Positions 62,611 to 64,000 of a stretch of DNA of 64,000 nucleotides are shown here, piece by piece. The stretch is from Promethearchaeia archaeon. GTDB taxonomy: Archaea; Asgardarchaeota; Lokiarchaeia; Sigyniarchaeales; SOKP01. Below the pieces are notes generated by a model. It was not told the origin of the DNA. It saw nothing but the letters and a program-made list of their open reading frames with translations, and ran no database searches. The DNA is taken from the NCBI GenBank assembly GCA_029856155.1, contig JAHQWL010000070.1, positions 61,368 through 125,367 on the forward strand. The letters run 5' to 3'. The first letter of the stretch is position 1. Each line of letters begins with the position of its first letter. The position numbers were made by a program, and so were the translations under genes.

Positions 62611-63342
62611 TTACCTGTCATGAAGTACATTATCTATTGAAAGTACAAATCCTACAAGGATTCTTCGGTCAGTCACATTATCTAGTATTCTTAAAGCATA
62701 CGTATCTTTAAAGTCTAGTAATCCGCCAAGGAATATATCTCTCCACCTATCTGCTTTTTCGATCTCTGCAATAACATTTCCAGTTGTAACATCATACACC
62801 TTAAAACTAAAGCCCATAAATTTACCTTGGGCTCTAAACCATTGATTTCCCTGAGGATCTTCAAGATAGAAAACAGGTCTGAAAAGCGATAATATCTTCT
62901 TCTTAATTCGAGCTATTAAATTTCCTTGAGGGTCCTTTAAATCTTGTGCTCCACGAGCAGATACGATTTTAGCATGTATAGTAGCTGCGATTGAGCCATC
63001 AATTTCTTGTAATTCAACTCTACGTCTAATACTTAAGATTACTCTTTTCATTCTACCGATTATCTGGTTGTGTTCATCTAAAATCTCTCCAGAACCCCAA
63101 TCCCAATACTTTTAAGGGGTTTGAGTAATCCTCTACCTTTCCTTAAGGATATAATAATTCCGGTTGATATCAAACAATCCTCCTGGTTGACTTGATGAAG
63201 GTATACCAGAAGTAGCTGGCCTTACTGGTGTAGCGGGGGTGCTCACTTGCCTGACACTAGCTGGTATTGGCGACCCGCACTTTTCACAGAAGTTTTGTGA
63301 TAAATCTTTTATCTCTGCTCCACAATTATTGCAATACGGCAT
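62611..63342 (-). CDS. Zinc-ribbon plus LURP-one/scramblase-like (Tubby C-type) protein interrupted by a putative 27-nt intron (exons 63139-63342 and 62611-63111)
   Basis: The two track ORFs share a frame; spliced junction YYILKE|KYWDWGSGEILDEHNQIIGRMKR; LURP-type IARIKKK, KDTYAL, VLSID. Confidence 0.8.
63112..63138 (-). other. Putative bulge-helix-bulge intron in an mRNA (27 nt)
   Basis: AAGG/CCUU 4-bp helix flanked by two AAA bulges; removal at the canonical sites deletes both in-frame stops. Confidence 0.72.
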
Positions 63343-63498
63343 TTTTCTCACTTTCACTTTTAAATTTATTTTAAGCTATGAATAATAATATTGTTTAATA
63401 AAGTTACGGGTAAATTAGATATTCAATGTATATTCATGAAAATGTTTTAATTAGATAAGGGTTAATTATTATTAATAAGAAATAATTAGAGAAGCAAT

Positions 63499-64000
63499 AT
63501 GTCAAGCCAAAGCATTCCAAAGTTATTAAAATTGAAGGATTATATTACAATTGTAGGTACTTCTTTAGGAATAATTGCTTTAGTATGTGCTTGTATTGGT
63601 CACCCTGATTTACTTTCTTTAGGTTTTTTTTTGGTAACTATCTCGCTTGGTACTGATATGATAGACGGTTATATCGCTCGAAAAACAAATACTGTAAATG
63701 AAATGGGTAAAGAATTAGATTCATTGAGTGATTCTCTAACCTTTGGAATCGCCCCCGCGGTTTTAGCTTACCAATCATTCAAAACAAATACCCTTTTTGA
63801 TATCATTATTATAACAGGAGCAATATGTTTTGCTATTGGAGCAATGCTAAGATTGGCACGTTTTAACATCACAGAAAGTCCCGGGTATACGGGAGTACCT
63901 ACACCCATAAGTGCTTTGTTGATAGTTACCTTCTTTTATGCAAATTACTTTTACTCTATCGCTATGGGTGATTTTTGGAGAATTTCTTCATATATAATAC
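63499..64000 (+). CDS. CDP-alcohol phosphatidyltransferase, archaetidylserine/phosphatidylserine synthase-like; 3'-truncated by the window edge
   Basis: Own translation: DMIDGYIARK..GKELDSLSDSLTFGIAPA, LRLARFN, GVPTP. Confidence 0.88.
   Translation, partial: MSSQSIPKLLKLKDYITIVGTSLGIIALVCACIGHPDLLSLGFFLVTISLGTDMIDGYIARKTNTVNEMGKELDSLSDSLTFGIAPAVLAYQSFKTNTLFDIIIITGAICFAIGAMLRLARFNITESPGYTGVPTPISALLIVTFFYANYFYSIAMGDFWRISSYII

Noticed and set aside
63112-63138. Stop-codon readthrough (Pyl/Sec) as the explanation for the split LURP gene
   Set aside because: Both TAG and TAA are in frame. TAA is not recoded to Pyl or Sec, and readthrough would add 9 extra residues inside a motif

Overview
Strongly AT-rich archaeal chromosomal segment. 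Gene content points to an Asgard archaeon of the Lokiarchaeia/Promethearchaeota type: TFB and TBP, Rab-like and MglA-like GTPases, longin-like, double-roadblock and gelsolin-domain proteins, three Rpn11/CSN5-like JAMM proteins, an IPGY-type sorting signal, and HdrABC/MvhD. No rRNA, tRNA, CRISPR array or transposase was recognised. The main observation is a 27-nt in-frame, stop-containing insert (63112-63138, minus strand) in a zinc-ribbon/LURP-one(scramblase-like) gene. It folds into a bulge-helix-bulge, and canonical cleavage rejoins the ORF exactly, so it is a candidate tRNA-endonuclease-type mRNA intron. Other notable items: conserved genes (TBP, ino1, iscU) that need ATA/ATT starts behind good Shine-Dalgarno motifs; a cluster of three JAMM proteins with helical tails beside an AAA+/VWA protein; two copies of a ~100-bp structured repeat flanking a two-gene island; a split di-myo-inositol-phosphate-type pathway; and a CopA whose Cys/His-rich tail is duplicated as a separate gene. 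All assignments come from motif recognition only; no searches were run.
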